From: a virus
Lineage: Duplodnaviria > Caudoviricetes
IMG/VR virus record: IMGVR_UViG_3300048577_000486
Span: 1-37,483 of that record
DNA length: 37,483 bases
Direction: 5' to 3' (one strand)
Below, piece by piece: positions 36,267-37,483 of this stretch (positions are counted from its first letter, which is position 1; each line of letters opens with the position of its first letter). The notes under the pieces were generated by a model. It did not search any database and was not told the origin of the DNA. It saw nothing but the letters and a program-made list of their open reading frames with translations. The position numbers and the translations under genes are program-made.

Positions 36267-36514
36267 TAGTCTGTGATTAATTCGGGCTGTGTAGATTCGT
36301 AAGTCTCACAGATAACAGCATCATCATTTAATCCCAACAACTCTTTAATTGCTGATAAATAATGAGGCAAGCACAACGTTGGAGATTCAGCCAATACTTG
36401 TCTTTTAATTGTGTACTGTGTTGTTCTTACTTTATCAGCAAGCATACCCATAAGCCCTTCACTTTTTAGAAGCTCGCTTTTTACTTCCGGTGTTAGTCTG
36501 CTTTTAAGTGCCAT
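36266..36514 (-). CDS. Cro-like protein
   Basis: ATG at 36514, divergent from cI; LADKVRTTQYTIKR is HTH-like. Confidence 0.6.
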   Translation of the reverse strand: MALKSRLTPEVKSELLKSEGLMGMLADKVRTTQYTIKRQVLAESPTLCLPHYLSAIKELLGLNDDAVICETYESTQPELITD

Positions 36515-36621
36515 TTTGTATATGTTAATTATTTTGTTATATCTTTGTTTCAAACTGTGATACAAATGTACAGTACATTTTATAAAAGTCAAGTACATTT
36601 TAACAAAAGTTATTAACATTT
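36515..36621. promoter_or_regulatory. Genetic switch: two promoters and three 17-bp operators
   Basis: Plus TTTG-N21-TATCTTTG (36515-36547); minus TTG-N19-TACATTTG (36592-36563); operators at 36564-36580, 36584-36600 and 36605-36621. Confidence 0.7.
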
Positions 36622-36626
36622 TTATT

Positions 36627-37262
36627 GTGTATAGTCAGGGAGAAATATTAAAGCATCAAATTAAACTGCATGGGTTCACCCAAGCCGATTTCGCTGATAA
36701 AATTGGCGTAACAAGGGGATACATACAGCAATTAGTAAGTAAAGTTCACCTTACTGATGATGTAATTGAACGAATGTGTACAGTACTTGAGATAAAAAAA
36801 GATGTATTTGATGTTCCTAAAAATTTAGTAGCTGAAGAGAGTGTACAGTACATAAAAAAACAACAAGGCGTGCCATACTATGATGTGGATGCAGCAGCCT
36901 CTAATGTAGAAACCTTTGACGACAAGCCAGAAACCGTGACAGCATACATAACTATACCCTCATTTCAAGATTGCAATTTTTACGTTAACATTTTTGGCCA
37001 CAGCATGTACCCTAAGTATTGCTCTGGCGAAATAATAGCGTGTAAGAAAATAGAACACCATTCATATTTACCATTCGGAGAAGCCTTTTTAATAAAACTA
37101 AAAGACGGCAACAGATATGTAAAGTATATACGTAAAGGCAGCGATAAATCAAGTTGGTTATTGGTTAGTGAAAATGAAAAATATGACCCATTTGAAGTAC
37201 ATATTGATATGGTTGACAGCGTATACATAATTAAGGGTAAAATAACCAAGAACATGATATGA
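36627..37262 (+). CDS. CI-like repressor (XRE HTH plus S24 peptidase)
   Basis: TQADFADKIGVTRGYI, GHSMYP (Ser), YVKYI (Lys) and LVSENEKY. Confidence 0.9.
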   Translation: MYSQGEILKHQIKLHGFTQADFADKIGVTRGYIQQLVSKVHLTDDVIERMCTVLEIKKDVFDVPKNLVAEESVQYIKKQQGVPYYDVDAAASNVETFDDKPETVTAYITIPSFQDCNFYVNIFGHSMYPKYCSGEIIACKKIEHHSYLPFGEAFLIKLKDGNRYVKYIRKGSDKSSWLLVSENEKYDPFEVHIDMVDSVYIIKGKITKNMI

Positions 37263-37483
37263 TAGGTCATAGACTAAAGTTGGCAAGGCGCGAGCGTGGT
37301 TTAACACAAGGCGAAGTTTCTCAAACCATAAAGCGGCCTCAATCCATCATTTCAAAGATTGAAAACAATGAATTGCAGCCTAGTTTAGAAATGTTGATTA
37401 GTTTAAAAAGGCTCTATAATACCACGTATGACTTCATTTTGGAGGGCAAAAAACAGGACAAAAAAACGGACAAAAAAGAATAA
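37259..37483 (+). CDS. XRE-family HTH protein
   Basis: RLKLARRERGLTQ...ISKIENNELQPS. Confidence 0.85.
   Translation: MIGHRLKLARRERGLTQGEVSQTIKRPQSIISKIENNELQPSLEMLISLKRLYNTTYDFILEGKKQDKKTDKKE
37444..37477 (+). repeat. Three tandem GGRCAAAAAA repeats, putative arm-type sites
   Basis: GGGCAAAAAA, CAGGACAAAAAAA and CGGACAAAAAA. Confidence 0.5.

Larger units (their letters stand above)
1..37483. mobile_element. Prophage (siphovirus-like, Bacteroidota host) integrated at tRNA-His; right end (attR) lies beyond the window
   Basis: tRNA next to a tyrosine integrase, followed by lysis, head, tail, terminase, replication and repressor modules. Confidence 0.95.

Noticed and set aside
1652-37270. Many antisense or alternative-frame ORFs in the track (e.g. 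16189-16791, 19613-20020, 26162-26584, 34164-34567, 36980-37270)
   Set aside because: They lie within well-supported genes and show no motifs.
37263-37483. attR duplicate of the tRNA-His 3' end
   Set aside because: Not present in the window.

Overview
The window is almost all of a temperate siphovirus-like prophage of a Bacteroidota host, inferred from TAnnTTTG promoters and a lipoprotein export signal. It is integrated at a tRNA-His gene (1-77). Left to right: integrase; HNH and lysis genes (u-spanin, M15 endolysin, holin); portal, tail tube, capsid and Clp protease; a tape-measure gene on the opposite strand; tail and neck genes; terminase; ParB-methyltransferase; an accessory region; replication, methylation and recombination genes; and a Cro/CI switch. 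attR is not in the window. The main unexplained structure is at 23.8-25.2 kb: three attC-like hairpins (TAAC...GTTA) separate small genes, and the two ends of each unit are complementary to each other as in integron cassettes, yet no intI is recognisable. Other notable items are a 155-nt tRNA-like RNA after a boxA-like site, a tRNA-His acceptor stem with two mismatches, a shared late-promoter palindrome, a 12-nt motif before early start codons, and a putative capsid with a hydrophobic leader. All calls come from motifs and gene order read by eye; no searches were run.
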